A stretch of DNA of 64,000 nt from contig OZ237736.1 in NCBI GenBank assembly GCA_965178125.1, positions 372,001-436,000 on the forward strand. Direction: 5' to 3'. Of the stretch, positions 35,558 to 48,758 are shown in pieces. Each line of letters begins with the position of its first letter. The stretch's first letter is position 1. The position numbers and the translations under genes are program-made. Under the pieces are notes generated by a model. It saw only the letters and a program-made list of their open reading frames with translations. It ran no database searches and was not told where the DNA came from. This DNA is from Bilabrum cf. latius (taxonomy: Eukaryota).

Positions 35558-36967
35558 ATGTCTGGCTTCAAGTTTTATATGTGAGCACATCGGATTGAGC
35601 GAAAGTTTCATTTGGCTAATGCTTGATGTAGTTCACGCGGATGAGGCTGGATTTACGCGTCCCTCCCATGTTCGCAGCAAGGATTACACCTCGGATCCAA
35701 TCGCCAGGTTGTACGATCTGAAAGAGACTATCGGGTCGTGAGACGCCTTAAAACATACATTCTTATTAAATTCTTGCATCCAGCAGTAGTGATTGAGGTT
35801 GCGCGCCTCACTGCTGCGATCCCTGCACGTCTCACCCAATTGCGCAGCGGTACTTTTGCCGAGGTTAAGCGAGGGATCGATCGCGCCACCGGGAAAGATT
35901 GGGCAATTAAAATGATTGCAAAGGCCAAGCTTGACAAGGAAGACGAAGAGGCTCTGGCTGTAGAAGTTGAGATTCTCGAGAAGGTGAACCATGCCAACAT
36001 CGTGCAGTTGAGACAAGTTATTGACACCAGGCGCCACTTTTACATGGTGATGGAGTTGCTGACAGGCGGGGAGCTGTTCGACAGAATCGTAGACAAGGTC
36101 AAGTACACGGAGCAGGAAGCCGTCGGCGTTGTCCGCCAGGTGGCGCAAGGCCTGGACTACTGCCACAAGCTTGGCATCGTGCACCGAGACCTCAAGCCAG
36201 AGAACCTCATCTATGCCTCCAAGGACGAAGACGCCGCGATCAAAATCGCCGATTTTGGGCTAGGCAAGATCGTCGACGACGACAGGATCGCGATGGCGAC
36301 CGCCTGCGGCACGCCGGGGTACGTCGCTGCGGAGATTCTCCAGGGCCAGAAGTACACCGACAAGGTGGACTGCTGGTCCATCGGGGTCATCACGTACATC
36401 CTGCTATGCGGATTTCCCCCCTTCTACGATGAAAACATGCACAACCTCTTCAGACTCATCAAGGCGGGCAGGTTCGGCTACCCGTCCCCCTACTGGGACG
36501 GTGTCACGGAGGAAGCCAAGGACTTCATCAACAAGCTGCTGGTGACCGATCCCAAGAAGCGAATGTCGGCCGCTGACTGCCTGTCCCATCCATGGCTTAA
36601 GGCAAAGGAGGCCCCGGAGGCGTCGGGCAGCGGCGCGGCCGCGGGCGGCGTGGCCCTAAGCGGCGCACAGGAGATGATCAAGAAGATGCAGATCAGGAAG
36701 AAGTTCCGGTCCAAGGTGCACTCTGTGGTGGCCCTCAACCGCTTCAAGCGCCTCTCGGGGCTCGCGGGATTGAGCCTCGCTGCCAGGCTGGAGAAGGCGG
36801 CTGACACGGAGGAGGGGCCGGGGCTCACGGCGGCGGCCGGCTCGGCGGCGTCGGGAGGGGCGGGGGGCGGCTCGGCTGCGTCGGGCGGAGCGGGGACTGG
36901 GGCTGGGGCTGGGGCTGGAAGCAGCAAGGCCGCTGGGGCGGGGCCGGGGCCGGGGGCGGGCAAGTGA
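35558..36967 (+). CDS. CAMK1-family protein kinase; introns 35581-35677 and 35738-35847
   Basis: Spliced N-terminus MSGFKFYIKDYTSDPIARLYDLKETIGSGTFAEVK. Motifs HRDLKPEN, IADFG, TACGTPGY, ILLCGFPPFY and a CaM-binding-like RKKFRSKVHSVVALNRF. TGA stop. Confidence 0.92.
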
Positions 36968-37101
36968 GCGAGCGCCTGCCTAGTTCCGGTATTTGTTTTG
37001 AGGTCGTGATGCAGAGTTTGCCACATCAGTTTCGTTGATGGCGAGCCAGCGATACGTTTCTATGATGCAGAAGCACCGCCATCGCTCGATAATCCAACCA
37101 T

Positions 37102-40100
37102 TCAAAGTTCCTCCGAAAGAGGCTCCTCCCCCTCTCCCTCTCCGCCCTTCTTCTCCTCCTCCTCCTCATCCTCGCTGTCATCGGCCTTCTTTCCGCCCTC
37201 CTGACTGGGTTCCTCTGCCCCGCTGCCGTCCTCTTCGCCTACCTTGCCATCCTCGCCCTCGACCTGAGCCGCCTCGGCATCATCGCCCCCCGCAGCATGA
37301 GCATTCCCGTCCTTCTCTACCTTCTCATCCTCGGTGGGTGCGCCAGCGCTCTCCCCCTCGCCAGCGGTAGAGTTGGTTCCGTTCGTGGCCGCGTCGTCGG
37401 CCTCCGGTGCGGGTGTCGGGGTCGGCTTGGGTGCCTTGTGCGTGCGCATTACGGCCCTCGTGGCGGCGACCACCTCGGCTCTCAGCTGCTTGGCGGTGAA
37501 GGCCGGCTCCTCGTGGGCCTCCTTGTCCTCCTGCTCGGCCACCTTCTTCTCGATCCAGCTGGACAGCTCCGAGACAGCCTTGCTGGCCACCTCCGTGGCC
37601 ACCTCGGTGATCCAGGGCTTCTCCTCCTGCCAGCTGCCCACGATGCCCCGGAGTTTCTCGGCGGATTCCTTGGCGTCCGCGAGTGCCTTAGGTCTGGCCT
37701 GCTTCTCGGCGTGGCGAGACCAAGCGGCGCCAGCAATGGCTCTGATCCCGCCCGCGCGCGTGTTGTACTCCCCAGCCTCTGTCTGCCCCACGTCCTCGCC
37801 GTCCTCATCCAGCCAGTCGCGCGCAGCCTCCAGCAGCTCGCTGAGGGCCTCCCGCTGCTCCTCGCTCGTCACACTCTCGAAGTCCTCGGCGCGGTCGATG
37901 GTCTGCTCCCTGGTGGAGTAGATGAGTCCCTCCAGCGTGTTCTTGGCGCGCTGCCGCTCGCGCCTGTCGGCGTCGGCGCGCGCGAGGCGGAGGAGTCGGG
38001 CTCGCGCGAGCTCCAGTGACTTGCCTTGGAGCGGCTAGACGTCGAGTGCCGAGAGGTCCTCCGAGACTCGCAGGGGCCTGCGGACCACGCGCTTCTTGGG
38101 CTCTGGCGTCGGGGTGGGCGTGGACTCTGCGGCGTCACCGTCATCTTCTTTCTCTTCCCCCTCACCGTCAGCCTTCTTCTCTTCGTCGCCCTCCTGCTTC
38201 TTGCCGTCCTCTTCCTCAGCGTCCGTTTTGCCCTCTTCCTTCTTCTCTTCGTCTTCCTTCTCTGATTTCTTCTCCTCCTCGTCGTTTGCCTCGCCATCCT
38301 TACCCTCCGAGTCCTCTGTCTTGTCTTCGGTGCCATCCTCTTTCGAATCCGCCGAGGGGGAGGGGGAGGGGCTGGGGCTGGGGTAGTAGATTTCCTCCCA
38401 CTGCGCCTCTGCTCGAGACAGGCGGACGATGCCGTTGTGGTTGAGCTTGAAGTGCAGCGTGACCTTGGGCGTACCCAGGTGGCTCAGCTCGCCCTCGACC
38501 AGGTCCCTCACGCCAGTCACGTTGTACCTGCCGATCACGCGGTTTGTTCCCTCGGGCAGGCGTGCCGCGGGGTCGTAGTAGAGCGTGGTGACAAGGTCCT
38601 CGTCGTGCTGGAAGGAAATGCGCTTGGCCTTGCCCAGAGGAGCGTACTTTTTGTAGAGCGAGGCACGGCGCTGCCACGGCTTCTTGGGCCCGTCTTCTGC
38701 TTCGGCCTATTCATCCTCCTCCTTCTTCTCCGCCGCTGCCTCGTCTTCCCCTTCCTCTGCCACTTGTTCCCTGGGAATCTCCAGCACCCTGGCACCGATC
38801 CCGAATGGGGTGCCATCCACCATGCCCACGTGCCTGACCTTGAAGGCCGTGGAGATGTTCGCTGCCATGAAGGCAGAGCCCAGCGCCATGGCTTCGTCGC
38901 CGTTCAGGCGCACGCCCAGCGTCCGCTTGCCGCCCTCCTTGGTCGCAAGGACGGAGCGGAGCCGCTCCTGCACCGCGGGCACCCTCACACCGCCACCGAG
39001 CACCTCCACGTCATCGATGTCGTCGATCGTGTAGTTGCCCTCTGCCAGCACGCTAGCCATCAGCGCGTCGATCCGGTTCAGGATGGGCTGCACCCTGGCG
39101 ATGAAAGGGCCCCTCGAGACGTGGTGCCTGAAATCCACCGACGGAGTGAGTGACTCGATCGTCACGGGGATCTCCTCGTTGGCGCTGAGGATCTCGACCA
39201 CTTTGCCCGCCTTCTTACGGATCTTCTGCATGGGCCTGAGGTAGTCTCGGATGTCCTTCGACTCGCCCTCCAGCGACTTGCCGTGCTTCTCGTTGAAGGC
39301 ATCCGCGAGGAGCTCCGCCATCGCGTTGTCCAGCTCCGAGCTGCTCAGAGCCTCGTCCCAGGCCTTGGCGGTCACGCGCCCCAGGCTCGCATCCTTGCCG
39401 AGCTTCTTGTAGCTGGAGAACTCCACGACCTGTGCCTCGGTGGAACCTGCACCCACGTTCACGAACAGGACCGTCCGGGTCTCGTTCTTGAACACGCGGT
39501 CGATGGAGAACTGCACGGCGGCCGCCGTGTTTTCGTCCGCGAGCGCGAGCACCTTCAGGTCTGCGAGGTCTGCGGCGCGGAGCAGCGCCTTGCGCTCCGA
39601 TTGCGTGTAAAAGGAAGGAATGGTCATTACCACGTCTCGGATGCGGCCATCCGCGTGCGTCTCGCTAAAGTCCTTCAAGTGGCCCAGGTATTGTGCCACA
39701 AGCTCTTCCGCAGAGAAGGTCTCCTCCTCCTCCGGGTTGGTGTCCCTATGCTTCGGCAGCACCAAGCTGGCTGCTCCACGCTCAGGATCGTTGACGGCTT
39801 TCACCGTCACAATGCGCTCAAGCGCACGCTGAGCGCGAGGGTGCGACACGTTGACGCCAAGCAGCTCCGTACCGCCCACCAGCACAAACTGCGGCTTTCT
39901 TGTTAGCATACCGTCTGCATCGCCAGCAAACATCCTCTCCCCCTTGTAAAATGCAACTGCGCTGCGGGTCTTTCGCTTGCTCTGCACGTTGTGCAGGATT
40001 TCGAACGGAGTGCCAGGCTTCACCAACGCGACTTTGGAGAACTCGCTCCCAAAGTCGATGCCAAGGACCATGGCACTAACCTACGGAGCCTGCAGCTAAA

Positions 40101-40158
40101 GCATGGCACCAAAAAGGGCCACACCTGCTGCAGCCACTGCTGCCATTCCAGTTCGCAT
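37102..40158 (-). CDS. HYOU1: ER Hsp70-like chaperone Grp170/HYOU1
   Basis: Signal peptide containing TAG at 40096 and 40081. Motifs VLGIDFGSE, QSKRKT and LNGDEAMALG. Further TAG at 38707 and 38035. Ends in the ER-retrieval-like SEEL followed by TGA. Confidence 0.92.
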
Positions 40159-40292
40159 ACTCAGGCCCAAAACACTGTGATCCCACGTGTCAGATTTGCT
40201 TTCGCCCAATCAGCACCTTACTAATTTGATCCGAAATTCGGAGCCAAATACACTTTCCGTCCAATCCAGAAGTAGCGCTTTGTGGCGCTGAA

Positions 40293-43200
40293 ATGTTGCG
40301 GAGAACGTCATCGCGCATCTTGCCATCCCTAAGTAATGGCGTTCGTTTCTCTAGGAGGCGGTTATATGCAGCAATACCCGCGCCAGGTAGCGCTGTGGAC
40401 AGATTCTGTTTGCTGCACCACGGAAGATTTGTCTCGACCTCGGCGGGAGCAAGTTCTGCCCGGCTTGAAGATGGGAACAATGCAGATTCTGTATCGTTGA
40501 TGACGTCTGCGACGCGATCAGCAGCGGATCTGTCAAGAGTGCTGGAGGCAGCCAGGCTAGCGAATCAGCAGGCCGAAGGCGAACCTGGCGTGCGACGCAA
40601 TCTCCTGCTAGTCAAGGCTGGCGGTGAGGTCGTTAGCACACAGCTGGAGGAGTTTGCAACGAGTATCCGCAAGCTTCGCAGCCTAGGAATCACGCCTGTC
40701 ATCGTGCACGGCGGAGGGCCGCAGGCGAACGACGAGCTCAAGGCGAAAGGCGTCGAGCCGCAGTACGTCGGGGGCCACCGCGTGACTGACCGAGCAACCA
40801 TGGACATAGCTGACCGCATATTCCGTCAAGTAAACGCGCAGCTGTGCGAAGGTTTGCGGGCCGCTGGTGTGGACGCGGAAGGCATCCCGTTCGGCTCACT
40901 TCATTCCGTGCCAGACGACCTCGAAACGTACGGGCTCGTGGGCAGAATCACCGGCGTCGATGCGGGAGCCATCGAAGCGGCCCTCGCGAGAGGTGCGGTC
41001 CCGGTGCTCACCTCACTGGGCAAGGCAGAGGCAGACTTTGACAGCCTCAGCGGGTCTGGCCTGTCGGTCGCAACTGGCGAGGCGCTGAACGTGAACGCCG
41101 ACGTGGCCGCCCGGGTGCTCGCCTCGGAGCTTCGGCCGTACAAGACCGTGTTTCTGTCCGCCGGCGGCGGCATGCGCGGCGCCGACGGCGAGATCCTTGC
41201 GGAACTCGACATGGCCCGCGACTTTGCGACCATGGAGGCCCAGGACTACGAGGGCCGCCAGGGAACACTACTGAAGCTCAGGGAGCTGAAGAGCATCACG
41301 GACTCGCTGCCCCCGGAGGCCTCCGTGTGCGTGTGCGCGGCAGGAGACCTTCCCGCCCAGGTGCTTCCTCACAGAGGACCGGGTACTCAGGTGCGTGCTG
41401 GTGCCAAGGTGGTCCGCTTCGACTCGCCGGGGGCGCTAGACGCTGGCAGGCTGGACGCATTGTTCCGGTCTAGGGGCCTGCCCTCCCTTGAGGAACAAGT
41501 GGCCCAGCTGGGTGAAGGTTCCGCAGTCGGCGCCGCGGACTGGAGCGTGCTGGACGGAGTACTTGTGGTGGGCGACTACGAGGCAGCCGCCGTTGTTCTC
41601 CGGCACACGGTCGAAGATGAAGATAGGGATGAAAAGGGGGAGCAGGGGCAGGATGGTGAGGAGGAGGACGGCCCTCCCGTGCTGCACTGCATGGCGGTGT
41701 CGGGGGAGGGCCGCGGCAGGGGATCGGATCTCGCCCTGTGGTCTGCACTCAGGGAACAGTACGAGTCCCTCTGGTGGGTGGCCGAGCCTGCCGCGCCTTC
41801 TGCTCTGCTGGCAGCCGATGCGGCTGCTCAGCTTGACGGAACCGAGGGAACAGTCGTGTCCCCGGACGAGGCTGCGGCCTGGGGCTCCGCGCTGTCGTTC
41901 GACGCGTCAGTCGAGCACGCGGCGGGCATGGTAAGGCTGGTGCCAGCCGACATCCGTGGGCCTGCAACGGGGGCCGAGAACGGAGGCGAAGGGGGCGAAG
42001 GCGAGGTGGAGGTGGAGACAGAGCAGGCAGGGGGAGGCGCGGGCGTGCCAGGCACCGGGTCCGAGCTGAGGAGGGGCTACTCCGTGGCGTGGTGGGGCCT
42101 CGAGGAGATGGAGCAGGCCGAGGATGCGGTGCTGTCCGCGGCACTGCGCTTCGCCCGGATGAAGATGGAGGGGTATCCGACCGGACTGGTGTACTCGGGC
42201 TAGGATGACGTCGGCGCCAAAGAAACCAGCGAGGCGGAGCCAGCCGTTGCAGTGACCCCGGGGGAACGAGACGCGCTCAGGGCGGCGCAGGCTGCCGCGA
42301 CAGCCTCCGCGTCGTTGTTCCCCAAGAAGAGGGTGGCCCTGATCGGAGCAAGGGGTTTCACCGGCAGGGAACTAATCCGGGTGATGAGCCTCAGTGGGTA
42401 GTACGAGATCGGAGCCGCCGGGTCCAGGGGGATGGCGGGACAGGTGGTGGCGGACGCGCTGGGCGTGGCTCGGCCCGAGGACGCCTCCGCGTTGTTCCCT
42501 GGCCTCAGGTTCGAGGCCATCGCACCGGAGGACATCGCGGGGGGTTCCGCTCCCGCGGACCCGGAATCGTTCGACGCGTGGGTCCTCGCGCTTCCCAACG
42601 GCCTATGTGACGACTACGCCAAGGCGGTGCGGAAGGCTACTGGGGTAGCAGAGGGCCAGGAGGCCACCAGCGGCCCCGTGATCTTGGATCTCAGTGCAGA
42701 CCAGCGGTTCGACGACTCTGGCACTTGGGCGTACGGCATGCCCGAGAGACCCGGTGCTAGGGAACACATCGCGGGCGCTAGGTGCGTGTCGAACCCGGGG
42801 TGCTACGCCACCGGGGCGCAGCTGGGACTGCTTCCGCTGCTGGAGGGACCCGGAGCGCTGGGCGCCGCGCAGCAGGTTCCGCACGTGTTCGGGGTGTCGG
42901 GGTACAGCGGCGCAGGCACAAATCCCTCCGACAAGAACGATCCGGACCGCCTCCGTGACAACTTGCTTCCCTACGCTCTGGTGGGCCACATCCACGAGAG
43001 GGAGATTTCGAGGCACTGCGGCAGGCGGGTCGCCTTCAGTCCGCACGTGGCTCCCTTCTTCCAGGGCATCTCGCTGACGTTCAGCGTGCATCTAGAGCAG
43101 GCGAAGATCCGGGCCGCGGGGGCCGATCCAGGGAACAAGGGGGAGGTGGAGGCGCTGGTGCAAGGGCTGTACGAGAATGCCTACGGGGAAGAGCCGGCGG

Positions 43201-43433
43201 TGCGGGTGCTTCCCCTGGGGTCCTTCCCCGATGTGGGGTCACACGGTACCAAGCAGCACGGAGTGACAGTGGGAGGGTTTTCGTACGACCCGTTGACGGG
43301 GCGGGTGGGCCTCGTCAGCTGCATCGACAACCTGCTCAAGGGGGCCGCCACGCAGGCCGTACAGAACCTCAACCTGGCCCTCTACGGGAGGTAGGGCGAG
43401 TTTGCTGGGGGATTTCGGGGCCTTTTCTTTTGA
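40293..43433 (+). CDS. ARG5,6: Bifunctional acetylglutamate kinase / N-acetyl-gamma-glutamyl-phosphate reductase (Arg5,6-type) with mitochondrial-like presequence
   Basis: Kinase motifs LVKAGG, VIVHGGGPQ and NVNADVAA. Reductase motifs VALIGARGFTG, SNPGCYATG, GVSGYSGAG and IDNLLKGAATQA. TAG at 42201, 42399 and 43392; TGA at 43431-43433. Confidence 0.9.
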
Positions 43434-43997
43434 TCGTGACCCGACGCATGTGTGCCTCTTCTCGAAGTTTAAAGCACCTGAAAGCTGCCGACTACCCGTG
43501 TCGGTCCCCGTAGCTAACCCTTGCTTCCCGCCGTCCACCCCCCTCACCAGCTGAGCTTGAAATGACCCAATCATTGAGTTGCGATTGTCTTCACTTGATC
43601 ATTTGAAGTCGTCGAAGAAGTCGTTTCAAACCACGCTACCATTACAGATCGGGAGTTGATTCTGTAGGTGTCGGCAGATTGCCAATCTCATCGGCACAAT
43701 GGCCGGTCGCTTCGGCGATTCAATCAATGCTAAATCGAGCGGCGCCAGCATGTCATCACACGCTCTGCAGGGTATATACAATACCCGCTTAAACGAGGCT
43801 CTTATATCGAGAACATAGCAATGTAAGTTATCATGGTACTTGATCCGAAAGTCATCAGATACTACTAGCAGTAGGAAAAGAGTACTTATTAAGCTGCTAC
43901 AGTTTCGACCCCCTCGTGCTGCGATCATAACCGTCTTCGTGCACCACGCAGAGGCCTACGATAATAATTGAATAGATTCAGGTTGATTGTCGGCATA

Positions 43998-46106
43998 ATG
44001 GAGGGCGTCCAGGCAACATATTGCCCATCGGGACGGGTGCCTTACTCGGCGCCAGGTACCTCGGATGAGGATGTGGCTCATGTGCTGCTTGGTATGGGCG
44101 CACTACCAAGAGACACGTACAAAAGGGAAGTAGCTTGTGCATCAGAGTCGAGAGCTGGTGATTACACCACTGAATCGGAACCAGTGCCAGTGGCCCGGCT
44201 AGGCAAGACTGGAAAGAGTGGGCTGCGATTCGCGAACACATCCTTTCACATGCATAGCGCCTTGGTGAGATCTCATACTGATGTATTCTGACCATGAATG
44301 CTTTGTTATTACATTATGTTTGTATTGTCCGGCCCAGTATCTGCGCAGAACCATGGACCATGCCTTCCTGCCGAGTGTTCAGGCTTCCATAAGAGGGCTG
44401 AAGCCGTGGCGCGGCGATCTGTGGAACCAGTTCCTCGGCAGTATTCGCGGTCTGACATGGCAAGAGGTCAAACAGGCATTTATTGCCATTTGTAGACGGC
44501 TCAACCTGAGAGAACGTCGGTTTAGCGACAGGATTTGGGTGAAATGACCATTCGCACGGTTTGTCCGACAGCTTGCGGGCTCACAAGACCACCTGGTGAG
44601 AGCTTCAGACGGGGCGCAACCAGGCAACAAATGCTACGTGCGCATGGAACAACGTGTCTCCCAACTTCGAACGGGCCAGGGCTTGTCAAGACGCGCCAAG
44701 TGCTCCCGCCAGGGCGAGTTTCCACTGCTAATGTCCTGCCATCTTCACTTTCGGCGCTCCAGCGCTCTGAAAACCAGATCCAGCGGCCAGGCTATAGGTA
44801 CATCAGCCCGCGTAAGCGTAGAGGATGTGATATTGAGGGACATATGAGAATCTCTGCTGGTGATTGCTGGGGCGTCGGCAGGAGGCTTGCTACCGAAACA
44901 GGTTTCGACGCTGCGACGCTGATATCGAAGTCTGTGATGGATGCCCGTCGAGCCGTGGAGGCAATGCAGTCAGAGCAGATGGACCCGCAAGACGAACAAA
45001 TAGAAACTGGTGGAAGAGCGCATTTCTCCCCAACTTCCGAGTGGTGCACTCTGGGCCAGCAGAGGTTCGCTACGTTGGGGCAGAGGACGATGGCGCAGTC
45101 CGTGTCCGGTGGCCCTGTCTCTCTGACCACCTGTCCTGATCAGGTCGAGTGGTCTGACCTCTTGAAATCGTGGAACCTTTTGAAAGGCATGCGCAGACGT
45201 CGGGCACGTCTTGCCGCCAGTGCGCCTTCATTGCGTAGCTCTCGCGCCGAGGACCCCAACAGCATCCCATGCGACCAACAGACCAGCCTCGATGAGTTCG
45301 CGGCGCGATGCACGCAGGACGGCATGTCTTGCGACTACCGACAGTACAGTTCACCACTGTCACTGCTCCTTTCGTCGACAAGCCTAAGAGGCGCATCAAG
45401 TGTGAATGAGGGCCCCGAACGGCGGGCGAGCGCAGCCGCACCTCTCGGATTTCGTGGCAATACCATGGCTAGCAGCAGCAGCAGCAGCAGCAGCAGCATG
45501 CCAGTCTAGGCAATGAGCATGTCAGCTTAGGCGAGTAACAGCCATGCGATGCGCCGTGCGCCTTGGCCGAGCCCGCAAGGTGCAATCGATCTACGTCTCA
45601 GCGCGCCGGACGTCGCTGAGCCCCCAAATGCTGCGGTTCGGAAGATCCCTTACTCGATTTCAGTAGATCAGCACAGCGTTGAGGCAACGCGTTGCGTTGC
45701 ATCGAGCGGCACAGTCGCCTTGAAGTCCGCTCCACTTGCAGGCCACAAGCGATCCAGAGAGCTCGCCATGTTGCGTTTCCACAACCAGCAGCAGGAGCAT
45801 GTGGAAGATATGTGCGTCTCAGAGATCATGTACCAGTCAGATTTTGCTGATTTGGGTGCCGCAAAGGATTCTGTAGGTGCTGCAAGGCAGCAGCCGCGAG
45901 CACCTTTTGCTCCAAGCGCAACAGCAGCGCGAGGACCGAGCACCTGGTCGTAGGCGAGTAGCAAATATGACGCGACACAAGCATTGCTCTGGTAGCGAAG
46001 CTTGCGCAGGTTTGCCCCGGGGGTTGTTGAGGGCGGGAGCCGCAGTGGTCCAGCTCACAAGGCGCCTGAAAAGCATGCTTCCAAGCGCGGGCGGGTTGAG
46101 ATGTGA
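43998..46106 (+). CDS. Hypothetical protein; putative intron 44218-44337
   Basis: ORFs 43968, 44298, 44535 and 45549 share a frame. After the 120-nt intron only TAG interrupts, until TGA at 46104. Confidence 0.5.
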
Positions 46107-46712
46107 ATTCAGTCAATCATAGTATGGAAGTTTGTGTAATTCATAGCACGTAGACAGCGAAAAGTGGCAAGCTTTGAGAGTCTGTTGGGGATTTCTGAGT
46201 GGTTCTGGTTTTTGGGCGCTGACCGCCAGGGGCAGTCATGATGCCGATCGTCGGCATTATCGATCTGCATGGGTTCCTTCCTATTTACAACACCAAGCAG
46301 AACCCTTCGAGTTCTGTCGGTATTGGACGGGTCTAGCTTTTTCGCATCACTAATTAGCAAGTATACACTGTATATTTTCAGCTAAGAAAGGAATCGTTGG
46401 TGTGACACCGATAGGGCGGCTGGCGTGCGTGGACACATCTCGTAGCAGCCTGAGTAGCACGATCCCAGTAAGACTGTCCTACAGGCGCGCTATGAATGCT
46501 CCGAAGCGCCAATTACCCCATTTAAAAGCATGTTGTTGGATCACGTAGCTTTGAGCATGATTGGCTTGCACTACTCGACGCGGATGCATCGCGAGGGCCT
46601 GTTGCTGCAGTTGGCCTTTTGCTATCGATTTTTGTAATGCATCTCCACCGCTGTAGTCAAGCACTGTAGCAATATATCCATTATCCAATATTGCATTCCA
46701 TCCTATCGCAGG

Positions 46713-48758
46713 ATGAACCAGTATCAAGCTGAAAGCGAACATAAGAGACAGAGAGCCCAAGATTCTCCGACGGTGCAGCGCGAAATCGGCGTGTCTTCTG
46801 ATAACAATCGACTAGGTGCAAGCGAAAATGGTGCGTTTCGAGCTATGCATGGCTAGGTACCAAGCACGCGGCGTGAGCAGCGGGTCCGAGCACCCGGCTT
46901 CGTGCAGTCAGCAGCCCAACCACCTCAGGTTCTGTACGCTTTGCACCCACCCACTGGCTTCGACATCTCCACGCGTGACAAACAAAGGCGGCCAAATGGC
47001 TATCGTCTTGGTACACAATATTGGCCCCAAACTGAGCGCGGGCCGCCTACTAGACACGTCGGCCCTGGTGACTGGCAGCCTTTAGCGAGTTGGAGGAGCA
47101 GTGTGGAGCATCGTGGCAGCATGACAGGTCACCATCTGGGGCCAAAGCCGGTCAAAGGTTCCTCCCATCAAGTAGCAGGCCGTCCTATGAAGCTATTCCG
47201 GCTTTCTCCGCCCGAACACCCCTCCCGTGCTTCCAGTACAAGCTAGAGTCGCGACGGTTCTGCCAGTGCCGGGGCGCCACACACGCTAGGGTCAACCCGT
47301 CCTCCTGCCAAGCACAGGCCCGCCGGATTGGCAAGGCCCGAGGCGCAAATGATTAGGGCACAGCGCCAGTTCCGGTTAAGCACGTCAGTGCCCCCCGACC
47401 ACCCGAGCAGCTGCATTGCAACGGGCGGCGGTGCCCTTGCCAGCGGCATGCACTGGTCGATGCTTCGCGGTTCGGTACAGGGCGCGAGGGCAGACCCCAA
47501 GGCGGGCGCGAGTAGCCGACCTTAGCATTAGCACAGCCACTACAGCTAGCAACAAGAACGGCTCATGTACGATCGTTACGTTGGCCACGCCGCAGGCAGT
47601 GCGGATCAACCTGAGTAGATCTACTCATCTGCACTCGTCACATCGCAGACAACGCCGTTGTCGCTGGTTGGACGAGATGCCTGGACACCGACCAGTCAGC
47701 CTTATCCACTCCTTCGCGCTGGTGCTGGTGCTGGTGCTGGTGCTGGTGCTGGTGCTGGTGCTGGTGCTGGTGCTGGTGCTGGTGCTGGTGCTGGTGCTGG
47801 TGCTGGTGCTGGTGCTGGTGCTGGTGCTGGTGCTGGTGCTGGTGCTGGTGCTGGTGCTGGTGCTGGTGCTGGTGCTGGTGCTGGTGCTGGTGCTGGTGCT
47901 GGTGCTGGTGCTGGTGCTGGTGCTGGTGCTGGTGCTGGTGCTGGTGCTGGTGCTGGTGCTGGTGCTGGTGCTGGTGCTGGTGCTGGTGCTGGTGCTGGTG
48001 CTGGTGCTGGTGCTGGTGCTGGTGCATTCGCTAGGGCCGGAGTTCGGACTGGAGTTTAGGCTCAGACAGCAACCCTGGGTGTGCAGCACCGTACTGGACC
48101 CAGGGAGCGGGGCGCACTCACCCCCGGCGAATTGCACCACGCTGCACTTGAGCTGTAGGCAGCGATCCAGCGACGGCAGCTTTGGAGTGCTCAACAGGGG
48201 GGGGCAGCGGTCCCAGCTCGCCCCAGCGGTTTCGTCGTGCCGGCAGGTGCCTAGCAGCAACTACATCCCACCGCGCAGTTGGTCGCATCCGCTGCTGGCT
48301 ACCGGCCGAATGCTCTTGTCTCATTGGCAGCCTACGGCCGAGTGCAGCTCACCCGTGAAGAAGGTGCAGCTGGCGGGGAAGGCATGCGAACATTAGCCGG
48401 TAGTGATCAGCTTGCTCGCACTGGTGGAAGAGCTCGGCCTTCTGGCAACACATGGCCAATGGCAGACAGGCATCGTCGCCCCAAGCTGTTGCCAGCTGAC
48501 GCTGTGATCGGAAAGAAGCGAGGAAGGAGCAAAAGCGAGAGCGAAGTGCAACCGATTGTGCGCGCCAAGCACGTCAATGGCGACAGAGGATAGATGCCTG
48601 CGACTACGCAGAATGCCATGAATCTGTGGCAAATCGGACAAGACGAGGAGCTCGCAAAGAATAGCGGCTTTGCGACCCCTGCAAGCGGCTCCGTGTCACC
48701 GGTGAGCTGGGCGTCAAGCGGGAGTGAAACTAGCGGTATGAGCGAGGGTTGCGATTAA
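46713..48758 (+). CDS. Hypothetical low-complexity protein with an (Ala-Gly)51 tract; may have an upstream exon
   Basis: ORFs 46902, 47328, 47658 and 48279 share a frame joined by TAG. First TAA at 48756. Confidence 0.5.
47718..48023. repeat. Perfect (GCTGGT)51 microsatellite
   Basis: 306 bp, seen directly in the sequence. Confidence 0.97.

Noticed and set aside
47416-48396. Poly-LV, poly-TS and poly-HQ ORFs
   Set aside because: These are alternative frames of the hexamer microsatellite; only the Ala-Gly frame belongs to a ~2-kb TAG-only ORF.
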